NCBI GenBank assembly: GCA_951406725.2
Contig: OX597817.1
Coordinates: forward strand, 159,650,001 to 159,714,000
DNA length: 64,000 nucleotides
Direction of reading: 5' to 3'
Source: Octopus vulgaris
Taxonomy: Eukaryota
In this document: piece by piece, positions 26,331 through 39,974 of the stretch
Position numbering within the stretch: position 1 is the first letter of the stretch
How the letters are laid out: every line of letters begins with the position of its first letter
Made by a program: the position numbers and the translations under genes
The notes under the pieces: model-generated
Told to the model about the DNA's origin: nothing
Seen by the model: only the letters and a program-made list of their open reading frames with translations
Database searches by the model: none

Positions 26331-27764
26331 CATGTGTATGTGTGTATATATATATAAAGTATATATATATATATATATAAAGCATTTAAAAATTATACCC
26401 CATGCTTAGTTGTAGTAATTTTGCACTAATCATAGAAGAAATATTCGACACAGCTCTTGTGATACAATGAGCAACTTTGAGAATATAAAAGTTTCTACTG
26501 CTGCAAACCAACCAGTGTGTTAAATCTAGGACAATCTAAGCACACAGAAAGAATGGAAATGAATTGTATTTCATTGTTGTTTCCCACAACAGGAGTTATT
26601 TATTGAAAATATGGGGCTTTTTGATAAATGTTCACCAGCTGTCACTTGCACTGTTTATGTATTAATACTGATTTACTATTTCATTCTCTATCTCAAATTA
26701 TAGTAATTTCAAAATATAATTTCTAATATGCATAGCAACAATTTCAAGAAATAAAAATGACATGAGTATTGTTTATAAATTGAAAATTATAATTTGAATT
26801 GAGACAACCAACACCGCTCATATGCAATGTCTTCATATTCCAACTCAGTTCGGAATTCAAATCCCGCTGAGGTCAATTTTTGTCTTTCATTCTTTTAGGA
26901 TCAATAATATAATTCCTAGTTGAGCACTGGAGTTGATATACCCAATCAGCCTCTTCCATCAAAATTTCAGTAGGAATGTCTTCACATGCCAGCATTAAAA
27001 ATTAAACACTTCTGTTCCCCTCCCCACAAAGATTAACTGTAGTTAAAGGAAAACCAACAGGAGTTCACAACTGTTACTGTTAGGAATGTTATACAAGTCA
27101 AACCAAGCTCTAGTCTTTGGTGTGGTTACAATGCTAATGCTACCACTAATTCTGATAATTTACTTTAATTCTGTTTTATTGAGGGATTCAACAATTAATT
27201 TGGTGTTTTGCCTCACTAAGATTAATGTTTTGAAATTTGTTACAAATTTCTAGTAACATTTAAAACAAAAGAAAGATAATTCTGAATTTCATTAAATCAA
27301 GGATAAAATTTAAAACTTCATGTACTAAAAATTTATAGTGATAAATGTAGAAAGATAAAATTGTGAAAGTAGATTATGTACATATATAATTTACTTGTAG
27401 CTAAATGAAAATTTCTCTTAATTATTTTAAGTTTATTACATTAGAGAAATGTTATCAAATGCTGCAGAATATTCAATAATTGAATCAAAATCTTAAAGAA
27501 TTTGAGTATTGTAATATGACTATGAATATAAATTAAAATATACAGAATTGCTTTTTGTGTCACTCGTTAATTTCTTTATAAAACTAATGTTGTGTATTGA
27601 AACACATCTTTAAACCATCAAACAGACTTCCACAATTATTTCAGCTAACTAAAAAGGTCTTAGAAAAGAAGTCCTTTTCAAACATTATATGACTATACCT
27701 GTTTTTAAGGTTAGGAAACAATTTTATATGCTATTGAAATTCTTCCAACATTTACCTTTGTCAG

Positions 27765-28135
27765 GCTGTGTTGCAAGAAGTTTATTTCCTAACCATTTTA
27801 TGGCACCTTGGGCAAGTGTCTTCCATCATAGACCCTAGCTGACCAAAGCCTTGTGAGTGGGTCTGGTAGATGGAACACGTGTGTGCATGTGAGAGAGAGA
27901 GAGTGCATTCATGCATGTGTGCATGCCACTGTCTTTTTGCCTTTGATATTGAGTGATAGTTGAAAGCAAATGTCACCATCAAGCAACCTTCATTTCCAAT
28001 CTTCCATGAAAACTTGCCTGATAATCTGAAAATATTACCTTATTAAGCAAAAGGTGAGGTTTGGTGACAGCCATAGAAAATCTGCTTCAATTGTCTGACC
28101 CATGCAAGCATGGAAAAGTGGACATTAAAACAATA
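27765..28135 (+). mobile_element. tRNA/CORE-headed SINE with RTE-derived tail
   Basis: GGCACCTTGGGCAAGTGTCTTC core; tail GCCATAGAAAATCTGC...GACCCATGCAAGCATGGAAAAGTGGACATTAAAAC matches the RTE 3' terminus. Confidence 0.75.
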
Positions 28136-29770
28136 AAACTTTTACTAACCCTAACTTATTCTCAACTTCATTGAAAAGGTTTATATCATTAGACTAATTT
28201 AGAAAGCCTTGTTTTTCCTTGTTCTTCGACTGTTGATTGGTACATTAATAACAATTTTTCTAAACTGCGGATTTATAATGTTCATTAAAATAATATTCTT
28301 CTATTGTCTATATGTGAAACATTTCAAATGTGGAATAAAATTAAAGACAATATAATGAATAAAATATTATTTGTAAAACAATTGGCTGATAAAATGTGGA
28401 AAGAAATCAAAGACATAATCTATTATAGATACAACATTTATATTATTCATAAGTTAAATGAGTGATAAATGTTTTCAATCAAATGCAACATATATATATA
28501 TTACCAATTTTTATTTTTTAACCAACAGTTCTGAGGCAGCTATTGTACTTTGTTTATAGGGTCTGAGTTCAGTCATATATACTTTCCCTGATATGAAAAT
28601 ATAGATGAAGTACAGTGTATTAGTACTTGAAGTACAACTATTTCAACCAAGAGTAGTTGTACCATAGCAGAATAATACTAAGTCTTCTATTTCATTCTTT
28701 TAAAGACAAAAATAATAGACAGTAATGCTTAAGGTAGAAGTGTATAACAAAGAATATAGCTTTCAAAGATGTTCTGTTCTAAGACAGTACATTCAACACT
28801 ACCTATGTGGAGTTTATATCATCTAAAGAATGAAAAATTTCAGAAAACGGAATTTCAAAAGAAATTTTATGCATTTCATGGTTCTTTAAAAACTTCCAAC
28901 AAACTTCTATTTTTCAAAGAAACTGGGAAATTTCCACAGGCATTGCTAAGTTTAAATGGAAAAACATTTTATCATCATTTCACATAAAACCCGTTAATTC
29001 AAAACACCAACTTGGAAATGCAAAAGTAATTTTATTAAATCCCACCAAACTTAATTATTTTAAAAATTAGTTTAATGCATATTAGTTTAAAGTATATATT
29101 CACAGTCAGTTATCTGTTACATTAAGAAAATGATCATTGAAAGGGTTAACTAAATAGTTGAATTTTATTATCATTCTAGCTCAGCCAAATAACAAATGAC
29201 GACAAATTTCAATAGAATGCAATATATTACAAATATTCTGATTCATTTTTATTTCTGAAATTTGATTTCTTTCTTTTTAATACATTTCTTACATTTGTTG
29301 GTGTTTGTAATTATTGACTTTTAATACAAGTTATTTATTTTACATGTTTTAGGGAAACAAAACTTGTTTTTATGAGTAATATGAGAATAAATAAAATTTT
29401 CATTCATCATTTTAACTGAAATCATTTGTGAAAATTGGAAATACAATATATTCACAGTTATTATTAACAGATCATGTTTTGAGAAAATGTTGCAACACAC
29501 AAAACAGATGTTTCCCCAAAATTTTTTTTATGTATAGTCAAGAGCTGAAAGGGGCCATATATTGTTCCATTGTATAAAAATGTGTGTAAGGAATTTATCC
29601 GATATTGTCACTTTCACAAGAATCAAATAATTTTAATAGTGTTTGTCCCATTAAGACCAGAGTTCAAATCATACTAGGATTAATTTTGCATTTCATCCTT
29701 TCAGTGTTTATGAAATAACTACCAGTTAAATACTGGGATTGATTAAATCAATTATTTTCTGTTCCCAAAA

Positions 29771-30160
29771 TCTTATATATAAAGCTGTAGTTGTCTGTGT
29801 ATTGCAGGTTTGGTAGCCTTCAACTAACACTATCTCCTCCGAGACCCTACAGCGCAAGTTGACCAAAATTGAGAGTATGATAGGAGAAGGCTTGCTCTTC
29901 CTTCCGTAGAAGAAAAAATTCAAATCGGACCATGTTAACACCAAAAATTATTTACATCAAAAAGGTGCTTTTTTTCTATGAAAATCCCTATTTTTTACGA
30001 TTTTCTTACTGCTGTGTTCATCATTTTTCGGTGTATTTCAACTAGAAAAATGTTCACTTAAAAAGAATAACAAGCTACATAATGCAAAATTTTTACTTTT
30101 CAAAAATTCCAATCCTAAAGGGTCGAAACAAACCCAAGCAACGCTGGGTGATACTGCTAG
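29771..30160 (+). mobile_element. Non-autonomous Helitron, family B
   Basis: A|TCTTATATATAAAG ... hairpin CCCAAGCAACGCTGGG ... CTAG|T, no TSD. Inserted into an old Meta SINE (29650-29770, resuming at 30161). Confidence 0.88.
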
Positions 30161-30599
30161 TTTATGTGCTGAAGTTGGAAATTATCATTTTCTATCCTGG
30201 TTCAAGGATCTTATACTGTAGTTTGGTATCTTTAAGGAAAAGGAGAAGTACTACTAGCAATTTTCAGTCCAAAAGCCTTTTATATGTACTTTGCATGGTA
30301 GTTAATCTAAAGCTTTAACACTTATTAGCTGTTCCAAATAATATTGTTTAGAAATATTCTGTTATAATTTGAATTATTAGTTTAGTCAATTATTTTTTAA
30401 ATCATGAATTCAACTGTTTACAGACAATTCTTCCTCATTCAAGCATTCGTTTTTCACTAAGTTCTAGGTTGCAGTCATATGCATTGTGTTTATATCTATT
30501 AAGGAGAGTGAGATACACATTAGCTTCACTGCATTTCTCAGGTCTTGTAGTTCTATGTCATTATGTGGTGACCATCATAACACATTTGTGAGCTCACTA

Positions 30600-31460
30600 T
30601 TAATGATGTTAAACGAGAGTTGGGACTTCTTTTTACAAGTGTTATTGTGTTTGGTCCATCTGTCGTACTCACATGAAGGGAAATAAATCTATTTTCTCTG
30701 CAACGCCAAAGTAAAATAAATGGACCAATCAACATGACACTTTCTAAGTCTATTAGGGATAATACCTAAAGATTTATCCTTATTTGTATTATTATGTATC
30801 TTCTTTACTTGCCAAATATTTACAATCTCATGTTTGAAAGCCTCTTAATTCTTTTACTTGATCCCAATTCTAATTTCTCCATGAATTGGTATTACCAATT
30901 ATTTTCACATTTTCTTGATTTATTGTTCACTATGACAATACCGGGTCATTTTTTATTGTTGTACGACATGATAAAATGCTAACCAATTTTGATATCATTA
31001 GGAAGCTGAACTTCATGCTATCTATCTGTTCTAATTTATTTTCCCATATTCCCAGTGAATAATCTATGTAACATAGTCATGTCTTCTCTTGAATTTCTTC
31101 AGTGCTAACTTACTGCATTCTTTTATTCAAATGTACTACACTTTCACCATTTTTTACCACGTATTCTATTTAATATAAATTCTCTGGTTTTGTATGCATA
31201 GGATTTGACATTATTTCTTCTCTGGGCCTGTTTCTGTGCTGAGAAGATCAGTGTTCCATTCTCAAATTTGATTTCTTTTGTCATGACCTTCACTTACCTA
31301 CACCGTTACACATTCATCCATCTCCCTGAAACTATCCACATATTTTCTTTTCTTCTCAAGTCAACTGCTTTTCAAGATGTCTCCTCAAGAACTGTCCAAG
31401 TACCATACATTCTTCAGTCTAACCTATTCAAGTTTTTCTATTTTCTTTCAGTAACAGTCC
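30600..31460 (-). mobile_element. R4/Dong-type non-LTR retrotransposon 3' remnant
   Basis: Fragments LIFSAQKQAQRRNNVK, RIRGK.GESVVH, ECSKLA..FKRRHDYV (CCHC knuckle region), then a REL region homologous to 4140-4625. Confidence 0.72.
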
Positions 31461-31480
31461 TATATAAGTTTTTATGTACC

Positions 31481-34064
31481 ATCATCATCATCATCATCGT
31501 TTAACGTCCGTTCTCCATGCTAGCATGGGTTGGACGGTTCGACCGGGGTTCTGGGAAGCCAGAAGGCTGCACCAGGCTCCGGTCTTATCTGGCAACGTTT
31601 CTAAAGCTGGATGCCCTTCCTAACGCCAACCACTCAGTGAGTGTAGTGGGTGCTTTTTATGTGCCACCTGCACTGGTGCCAGGCGAGGCTGGCATCGGCC
31701 ACGGTCGGATTGATGCATTTTATGGAAGCTAGTCGAGGCGGCACTGGCTTTGGCTATGATTCGGATGGTGCTTTTTATGGAAGCCAGTCGAGGCGGCGCT
31801 GGCATCGGCCACAATTCGGATGGTGCATTTTATGGAAGCCAGTCGAGGCGGCACTGGCTTCGGCTACGATTCGGATGGTGCTTTTTATGTGCCACCGACA
31901 TGGAAGCCAGTCGAGGCGGCGCTGGCATCGGCCACAATTCGGATAGTGCTTTTTACGTACCTCCAGTCCCAGGGCCCTAGCATCTGCCGGGTGCTAGTCA
32001 TAGGATTGGTTCAATTTCGATTTCACTTGCCCCAACAGGTCTTCGCAAGCAAGGGGGTGTTGCCATAGGTGCCTGTCGTCAGATGAGGTTCGATATCGAC
32101 TTCGCTTGCCTCAACAGGTCTTTGTGTGTCCAAGGGGGGAAAGGCATGCATAAGTGAGCTGGACTCACTTGTCCTGCCTGGTCTTCTCACGCACAGCATA
32201 TTTCCAAAGGTCTCGCTCGCCGGTCATTTCCTCAGTGAGACCCAAGGTTCGAAGGTCGTGCTTCACCACCTCGTCCCAGGTTTTCCTGGGTCTACCTCTT
32301 CCACGGGCTCCCTCAACTGCTAGGGATTGGCACGTTTTCACACACCTATCTTCATCCATTCTCGCCACATGACCATACCAGTGCAATCGTCTCTCTTGCA
32401 CACCACAACTGATGCTTCTTAGGTCCAACATTTCTCTCAGGGTACTAACGCTCTGTCGAGTATGCACGCTGACATTACACATCCATCGGAGCATACTGGC
32501 TTCATTCCTCACGAGCTTACGCATGTCCTCAGCAGTCACGGCCCATGTTTCACTGCCATGTAGCATGGCTGTTCGTACACATGCATCATACAGTCTGCCT
32601 TTTACTCTGAGCGAGAGGCCTTTAGTCACCAGCAGAGGTAAGAGCTCCCTAAACTTTGCCCAGGCTATTCTTACTCTAGCAGTTACACTTTCAATGCACC
32701 CACCCCCACTACTGACTTGGTCACCTAGATAATGGAAGCTATCAACTACTTCTAGTTTTTCTCCCTGGAAAGTGACGGAAGTTGTTTTCTGCAGATTTTC
32801 AGAGATTATTGCTCCTGAGCATCTGCCACATACAAAAACTATCTTCCCAGTTAGCCTTCCTTTGACATTGCTGCACCTCTTATGTATCCATAGCTTACAC
32901 TGCGTGCATCTTATAGAGTTTCTACCTACACCTTTTCTACAGATCGAGCAGGGCCATCTTCCTGAAGACATTTGTGGATTGTCTACCTTCCTACTTATTA
33001 GTACTTTGGTTTTAGCTAGGCTGACTCTAAGGCCCTTCGATTCTAGCCCCTCCTTCCACACCCGGAACTTCTCCTCCAGTTCTGACAGTGACTCAGCAAT
33101 TAGAGCAAGGTCGTCCGCATATAGGAGCTCCCAGGGGCAACCTGTCTTGAATTCCTCCGTAATTGCCTGGAGGACTATGAATAAATAGGAGGGGGGTGAG
33201 TGCTGAACCCTGGTGGACCCCAACCGCTACTTTGAATTCTTCTGTGTACATGTTGCCAACCCTTACCTTACTTACGGCATCCCTGTACATGGCTTGCACA
33301 GCCCTCACCAGCCATTCATCTATCCCTAGTTTCCTCATTGACCACCAGATAAGGGATCGGGGGACCCTGTCGAAGGCTTTCTCCATGTCAACGAAAGCTA
33401 GGTACAGGGGCTTATCTTTGGCTAGGTATTTCTCCTGCAGCTGTCTCACCAGAAATATGGCATCAGTGGTGCTTTTCCCTGGCATGAAACCAAACTGCAT
33501 CTCGTCCAAATTGACTCTCTCCCTAATCAGTTGGGCTATGACCCTCTCTGTAACCTTCATTACCTGATCCAACAGCTTGATACCTCTGTAATTATTTGTA
33601 TCTAGGGCGTCTCCCTTACCTTTGTAGCAGTTGACTAGTATGCTGCTACACCAGTCATTGGGTATGACTCCTTCGTGTATCACCTGGTTAACTATATGGG
33701 TGACTAGGTTATAGCCGACACTGCCAGATATTTTGAGCATCTCTGCAGTAATTCCTGATGGGCCTGGGGCTTTCCCTGTCTTCATGCTTCTAATTGCTTT
33801 AACTACCAAAGAATTGTCAACTCGGATGGCTGGTCCCTCTGTTGGGTTGACATTCGGCAGACTCTCTTTATCCCATTCATTTTCTTTATTCAGCAACCTT
33901 TCATAGTGGCATCTCCAAACCTCTCTCTTTGCATCCTCAGTTAGCGCAAGTGAACCATCATCCATGCGGACACATTTTTCTCCTACCACATCACGATTCT
34001 CTCTCACACACTGTCTTGCAACACGAAATAGCTCAAGTCTTTCATCTTCATGGCGCAGAACAGT
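31481..34064 (-). mobile_element. Young 5'-truncated RTE-clade LINE
   Basis: RT ORF plus a ~680-bp 3'UTR with tandem units and a (GAT)n tail; CpG-rich. Confidence 0.95.
32165..34064 (-). pseudogene. RTE LINE reverse transcriptase, single +1 frameshift near 33181
   Basis: ORFs 34007-33093 and 33223-32165 join: KAPGPSGI, YKGKGD..NYRGIKLL, QFGFMPGKST, FVDMEKAFD, GVHQGS, LLYADD, PHD-like CSIC...CTQC..WIHKRC...CGRC, YLG, GRGRPRKTW. Confidence 0.93.
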
Positions 34065-34689
34065 ATTTTTCTTGCTCTAAATATTCTTCAAAATTAATCC
34101 ACTTTTTCCTTTTCACAAGGTACTGTATATACATGTAGATACGTTACACCCTTAATTTGGGGTTATGAAAGTAGGTATTTGCGGTTGACTCACTATAATC
34201 TGGGGAGTTACGTGGCCCATTTTTGATTTAAATATAACCAATATTTGAATCGATGTCAAAAAAAATCAACATGCAAACTTCCAGTTTCTGCTTTCTAGTA
34301 AACAGATGTCACAAAAAGGTTTCTATAACAACTTGAAAACTGAAAAGCCCAGGCCCAGGGTACATGTCTGGACTACTGATACACTACTGTCTACTTCAGA
34401 TCTCTATGATGTCGAGTGGATGGGTTGCACCCTGATTTTCAATGAAATTTTTGGTAAAAAAAAAGTGCAGCCTATCCATGAGTACAGTATACACATGATC
34501 AACTTTTCATGGTTTTCTATCTAAACTAACCTTCTCTTATGGCATAAGTTGCAGATGTCTCAGCATTTTGTCACTTGCTACAGTCCTTCATCATTTGCCA
34601 TACATATCAGAGAAAAAGGTCATTTCTCTTACACACTACATCTGATGCTTCTTAAATCATATATATAAAACAATAGAAATAATATATAT

Positions 34690-35520
34690 ATGCATATATA
34701 CATACGTATATGTACATACTTATCCGAAATATGAATACATGGAATATGAACTTTTTTGTGAACAACGAAAGAAACAAATGGAAAACAAGACAAGCAACAT
34801 AAAGAACGACCCTTCATCAGTTGGCAGCTGTTTTTCTAATCTGTACTTCAAGCAATTCACAACAAGATACGCCTTCAATAAAACAGCTGCTCCCACAAAA
34901 CAAATTAAATAAAATTTGGGATTTTGTGGAGGGTCAAAATTGGTAACAAAAACAGGACAGTGGAAACAAACAAGAAGGGCTGCTAAGCCTAAATGAGGTG
35001 AGGTGGCGAACACAGAGAAACAAGCTTGGACAGGAGACAGACAAGAATGCATCTGATTCCTCCAGATGAAACAGAAGGAAAGAAAGAAACACAAGTCAGG
35101 AAAAGAAAGAAAGATGGCTGATGGTCACATGGAAGCAACGAGAGAGCAAATTTTGCACAGACTGGATTCACAATCATCACAATTCACAACAAATTATAAA
35201 TCAACTATGGTAAGTTTCTTAAGTTCTTTTCCAAGACCAAATTCTGTGCTTATGAAATGCCAAGGAATCCAGTCTTCAATAAGTCAACAAAATCCACCAC
35301 TAGACATACAAAGCTAGCTGGATAGTAAACTATGCAGCACATACCTGTTCCCACTATACATTACTGACTGTTTCCTATTACACTTCACACTAACAACCAT
35401 TGCATATCAGTATGTAACAGTGTCATCAAAGAACAGACACTTTGTCGTACCACACTACATTCATTAATCATTACTAGTCTAGGTGTGCAGAGGGTCAATG
35501 AACGAAGAAAGTATGTTATA
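34690..35520. mobile_element. Possible Penelope-like relic (pseudo-LTR with decayed hammerhead)
   Basis: 11-bp inverted stem GCAGCTGTTTT/AAAACAGCTGC (34824-34890) around a decayed CTGAAGA...GAAA core, plus a CTGATGA motif on the minus strand; boundaries uncertain. Confidence 0.35.
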
Positions 35521-36849
35521 TCATACAACACAATAACAATGTTTGATATGTTATTGTTATGGTGTCTGACTAGATGAAGTATAGCATATGAGGTAGGGAG
35601 AAAATACAGACCACTTCAAAAACTCAGCAGTCTTCTTATGTGCAACAGGTTTGTTCTAGATAGCTTGACTGCAAATACTAACAAGAAGAAACAGGTTTTA
35701 AACAAATTATTGTTGTTCATCAACAACTGTGTTGTGAATTAAAAGAACTATCAAATAATTTCTGTAAACTATATCACACAATTCAGAACATGTCTGTAAA
35801 GAAAACTTCTATTGCTATTGTAGAATAAAGTTTTCAGAGTCAGTCAATCTTTTTCCAACTAATTCAATAAAAAAAAAAAGTGTAGTGTTGTTGCCCATGA
35901 CCTTTGCAGGTCCCACTCCAAAGTGGTGGAAGGAAGGAAGAAAATATCCTCAAACCAGAAACTAGTCTGAATGCTTGAAAGAGTGAATCCTACTATAGAC
36001 ATCCAAAGGTCAGCTGGCAAGGTTAAAACCTGATGATGGATTAAGTCTACCACCTGAATAGGCCACAATGAGATTTGAACTAAAAATGCAAAATGCTGGA
36101 ATAATATTGCAAAGCATCTCGTCCAATGCTTTCATATTTCCACCAGGTCAGTACTTTTATCCTTCAGCTCAGAAAGGATAAAAGACAAAATTGCAGACTG
36201 AGTTTTTTTTTTTAAAGATAGTCTTGCAGGTATTATGGCTGTGAGTGACAAGTATTACAGGTACTAATAAATTCTCGACCTATAATGCTGCAACTCAGAT
36301 GCAAATTAACCAACTGGAGATGGTCCTAGGTTGTGTAAAGGGAGGTGTTAAAACATGCAGATGAGGATGGTTTCAATTTCCCACAAAAAAAAACAACACA
36401 AAAACAAAATATTTTCATATATAAGAAGACAAAACAGAAGTTCAAACTGATGTGAAATGTGAGCTACAAGTAATGAGATATTATAATAGTCCTGTAACTA
36501 AAAGAATAAAAGAACATGACATATACACAAATTCATGTAATAACAATTTGTTATTTTATGATTCAGTTATTTTCTACAATGATGATCATTTTTTTTTGTT
36601 GTTCCCTCCAAATTTTGATCTTTTATTGATCTATGGTGACATGAACAATGGTAAAGACACATACATTTAAAATAGCAACAGTAATAAAAAGAACATTAAT
36701 AGGAAGATGAATACTATAAAATATCAAACAGAATAGAGAAGACAAAGTTGCCCTGAAAAGATATATCTATTTATTATAAACTTGAAAGGTAGGTTTGGAA
36801 AGACTCTAGAAATGCTAGAGCAGGCAGCAGAAGTAAGTAAATATGTGCT

Positions 36850-37830
36850 GTGTAATATGGAGGGAGAAGAGCCTCAACCAGATAGCTCAAGAACAAGAAA
36901 CACAGACACAGATACTAATTCATCAGGATATATAACAGTGCTGGAATTGGTAGAATAGGAATTTTGTTGGCAGAGAAATAGATAGAGTAATTGAGATAGT
37001 AAAAGTGTGTGATGAAATTAGGGATAGACTAATCATAGGCAACATTACAACAACAGTGACCTCTGCTTATATACTCTAATCAGGACTGTTTCTATGAGAT
37101 CCTATCGGAGAGGGTTACAATAACAAATGAAGATGAACTGATAATCATGGGATAGACAGACGGTTGTCAATACTAAGTTTCACCTAGATGAGCAATGTTC
37201 TACCTGATATAGGCTAGTGATTAACATCAGCATATGAGTGAGATGGACCCAGGAACACAAGACAATCTTCTGAAGTAAATAAGGAAGTTGGACAATCTCA
37301 TTGTCAGATGTAGGTTCAAAAAAATACAAGATGACATATATATAGAGAAGGAAAAGATTATAATGTTGCTAGGAGAGAGGCTATGCATCAACCATATTTA
37401 GCCAAAGACAAAGTGGTGAGAGTTTTGCCAATGTTCTAGAATGTGAAGATCAGAAACATGAAATGTTCCTGATGCAAGGCCAGGTGTCAGTATGAATTAG
37501 GATGTTGGTGAGAAGTGCGTAGATAATGATAACAATGAATTTGCCCTCACTGATGTCAAGAAATGCTTATAACAGAAGAAACAGCCATAGAAATTGATAG
37601 TTATACAATCAAAATTACCTTTAAACAGCTGGATCATGAGAGAATAACTAAAATGCTTAAAATATTCAGGAAAGCTAGATGCATACCAATCACTTGCAGA
37701 GCCAATCAGGCAGTACAAGAAGAGGTAATTTCTCAATGATTGGTGCATTAGTATCATTGTTATCAAAGGCCACAAAAGTAGAGATGTTGTAGTAAGAAGC
37801 AACTTCAGACAGATCAAACTGATGGACTAA
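36850..37830 (+). mobile_element. Heavily decayed RTE LINE (endonuclease to RT start)
   Basis: GIGRIGILLAEK, VIEIVKVCD, FANVLECEDQ, VGEKCV, ITKMLKI, NDWCISII, NFRQIKLMD align with the RTE copies at 63131 and 34007. Confidence 0.78.
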
Positions 37831-37892
37831 ATTATAAAATTAACTTAAGAGTTACAGCACAACTATTAAGGGAGAAAATTAGTTTAGATGTA

Positions 37893-39541
37893 TCAGAATA
37901 TTAAGAATGAAATGTCCGATTTTAAACAGAAAGTTTATTTGACTTTATCTCAACAAAAAGCAATGAAGTTAATCAAAGTTTGTACCTAAAATTACCAACA
38001 CAATTTTGCCATTTTATCAGTAGCTTATTTATACCAGCAGCGAAGAATTCTGAAGAGCAAGAAGTGATGAAATCACAAAAGGCTGTTTACACATCTTCAG
38101 ATTTGAAATTTTTTCCCTACAAAATGTTGTCTAATGCCTGGAAAACATGATAGTCTGTTGGTGGAAGGTTTGGTGAATATGGTGGATGACAGAATACTTC
38201 CAAGTTCAGTTCCTGTAACTTGAGTAGTGTTTTATGTGCAACATGTGGTTGAGTATTGTCTTGCAAGAGAATTGACCTGCCTCTATTGACCAATTTCAGT
38301 TGTTTAGTTGCAAGTTCACTCATCATTTCATCCAATTGGTTGATGTATACATCTGCTGTAATTGACTTACCAGGTCTGATAAAGTTGGAGTGGATGATGC
38401 CAGCGTTGGACCACCAAACAGACACCATTAGCTTTTTTTGGTGAATATTCTTTCTTGGATTGTGTTTTGGCACTTTGTCTCTATCCAACAACCATGCAGG
38501 ATGCTTGCTATTGTTGAAAAAAATCAATCACACATAACAATATGAAGCAAAAATGGTTCACTTTTATACCGTGATAGCAAAGAAGAGCAAGTTTCAAGAT
38601 GACGTGTCACCTGATGCTTATTCAGTCTATGTAGTACCCACTTGTCCAGCTTCTTTACCTTGCCGATTTCTTTGGGATGGTCCAATACAGTTGGAATCGA
38701 AACATCAAACCTTGCTGCTAACACACACATATTTTGACATGTATCTGCTTCTACTAGTTTCAAGCTCATCATCATTCACCTTGGTCTCAAGTCTACCATG
38801 GGGCTGATTTTCGAGAGTAGGAGTGGCTGTGTGGTAAGTAGCTTGCTTACCAACCACATGGTTCCGGGTTCAGTCCCAATGCGTGGCACCATGGGCAAGT
38901 GTTTTCTACTGTAGCCTTGGGCCGACCAAAGCCTTGTGAGTGGATTTGGTAGATGGAAACTGAAAGAAGCCTTACATATATATGTGTGTGTCTGTGTTTG
39001 TCCCCTAACATTGCTTGACAACCGATGCTGGTGTGTTTACGTCTCAGTAACATTTGTGGTTTGGCAAGAGAGACCAATAGAATAAGTACTAGGCTTACAA
39101 AGAATAAGTCCTGGGGTCGATTTGCTTGATTAAAGGCGGTGCTCCAGCATGGCCGCAGTCAAATGACTGAAACAAGTAAAAGAGAGAGAGAGAGAGAGAG
39201 AGTAGACTGGAACTTCTCAAACCATCGACATACAGTACGCTCATTTGCCACATCTTCACTAAACACCTCATTGATGTTTCAAGCTGTCTGGGACACATTG
39301 ATTACATGACAGAACTCATATTCATAAACAACACGGATTTTTTTATCTATCCATGGGTTCACAAAAATTGATTGATAACAGAAAACTCACAATATAATCA
39401 GGTGCCATGAATTGTGTTTCAGAAAGTGATGATGTAACTTCAATGTTGTAAAACAAAGAATAGTCAGGATAAAACATTAGAGTTAACCACTATCAAACTT
39501 GGTGCATAAGAAAATCGGACACTTCATTCTTAATGACTTGG
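37893..39541 (-). mobile_element. mariner (DD34D) transposon interrupted by a SINE
   Basis: TIRs ..ATTAAGAATGAAATGTCCGATTTT / AAAATCGGACACTTCATTCTTAATGAC, TA flanks. Motifs KKLDKWV, MCD, QDNTQPH...YSPNLPPTDY with 34 aa between the last two D. Confidence 0.9.
38821..39204 (+). mobile_element. Full-length CORE-type tRNA SINE with TSD
   Basis: GAGTGGCTGTGTGG...GGTTCAGTCCC head, (AG)n tail, GAGAGTAG duplicated at 38813-20 and 39197-204. Confidence 0.9.
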
Positions 39542-39974
39542 TAACAGAATTAAGATTTGTGCCAAATGTGGGATCACTGATATCCTCTTTCTACTGAGGC
39601 ATAACTACAAGTAAAATATTTCAAAGAGCATATATGCAGAAATGCTTCAGACCTGGAATATAATCCTGATAACTATACAGATGACAAATATTTATCAAAC
39701 TTTATATACTTCTAACATAAGACCATATTGGCTAGTTTCATATTTTTGTACTATGAAATAAACAAAAAAATAATATATATTTATATAATCACATACACTA
39801 GAATTAAAGTAACAGGCAAAGTTCCAATAATTTTGTTCACTGTTAGGCTAAGTTTATAAATATAGAAATCGGTAGAAGTGTTGTATTAGAAAACAAAAAA
39901 AACAAAAAAAAAATGGCAGTTTGAGGTAGATGATCAAATCGGGCACATTGTGCCACTACAAAAGCATTTTGTCT

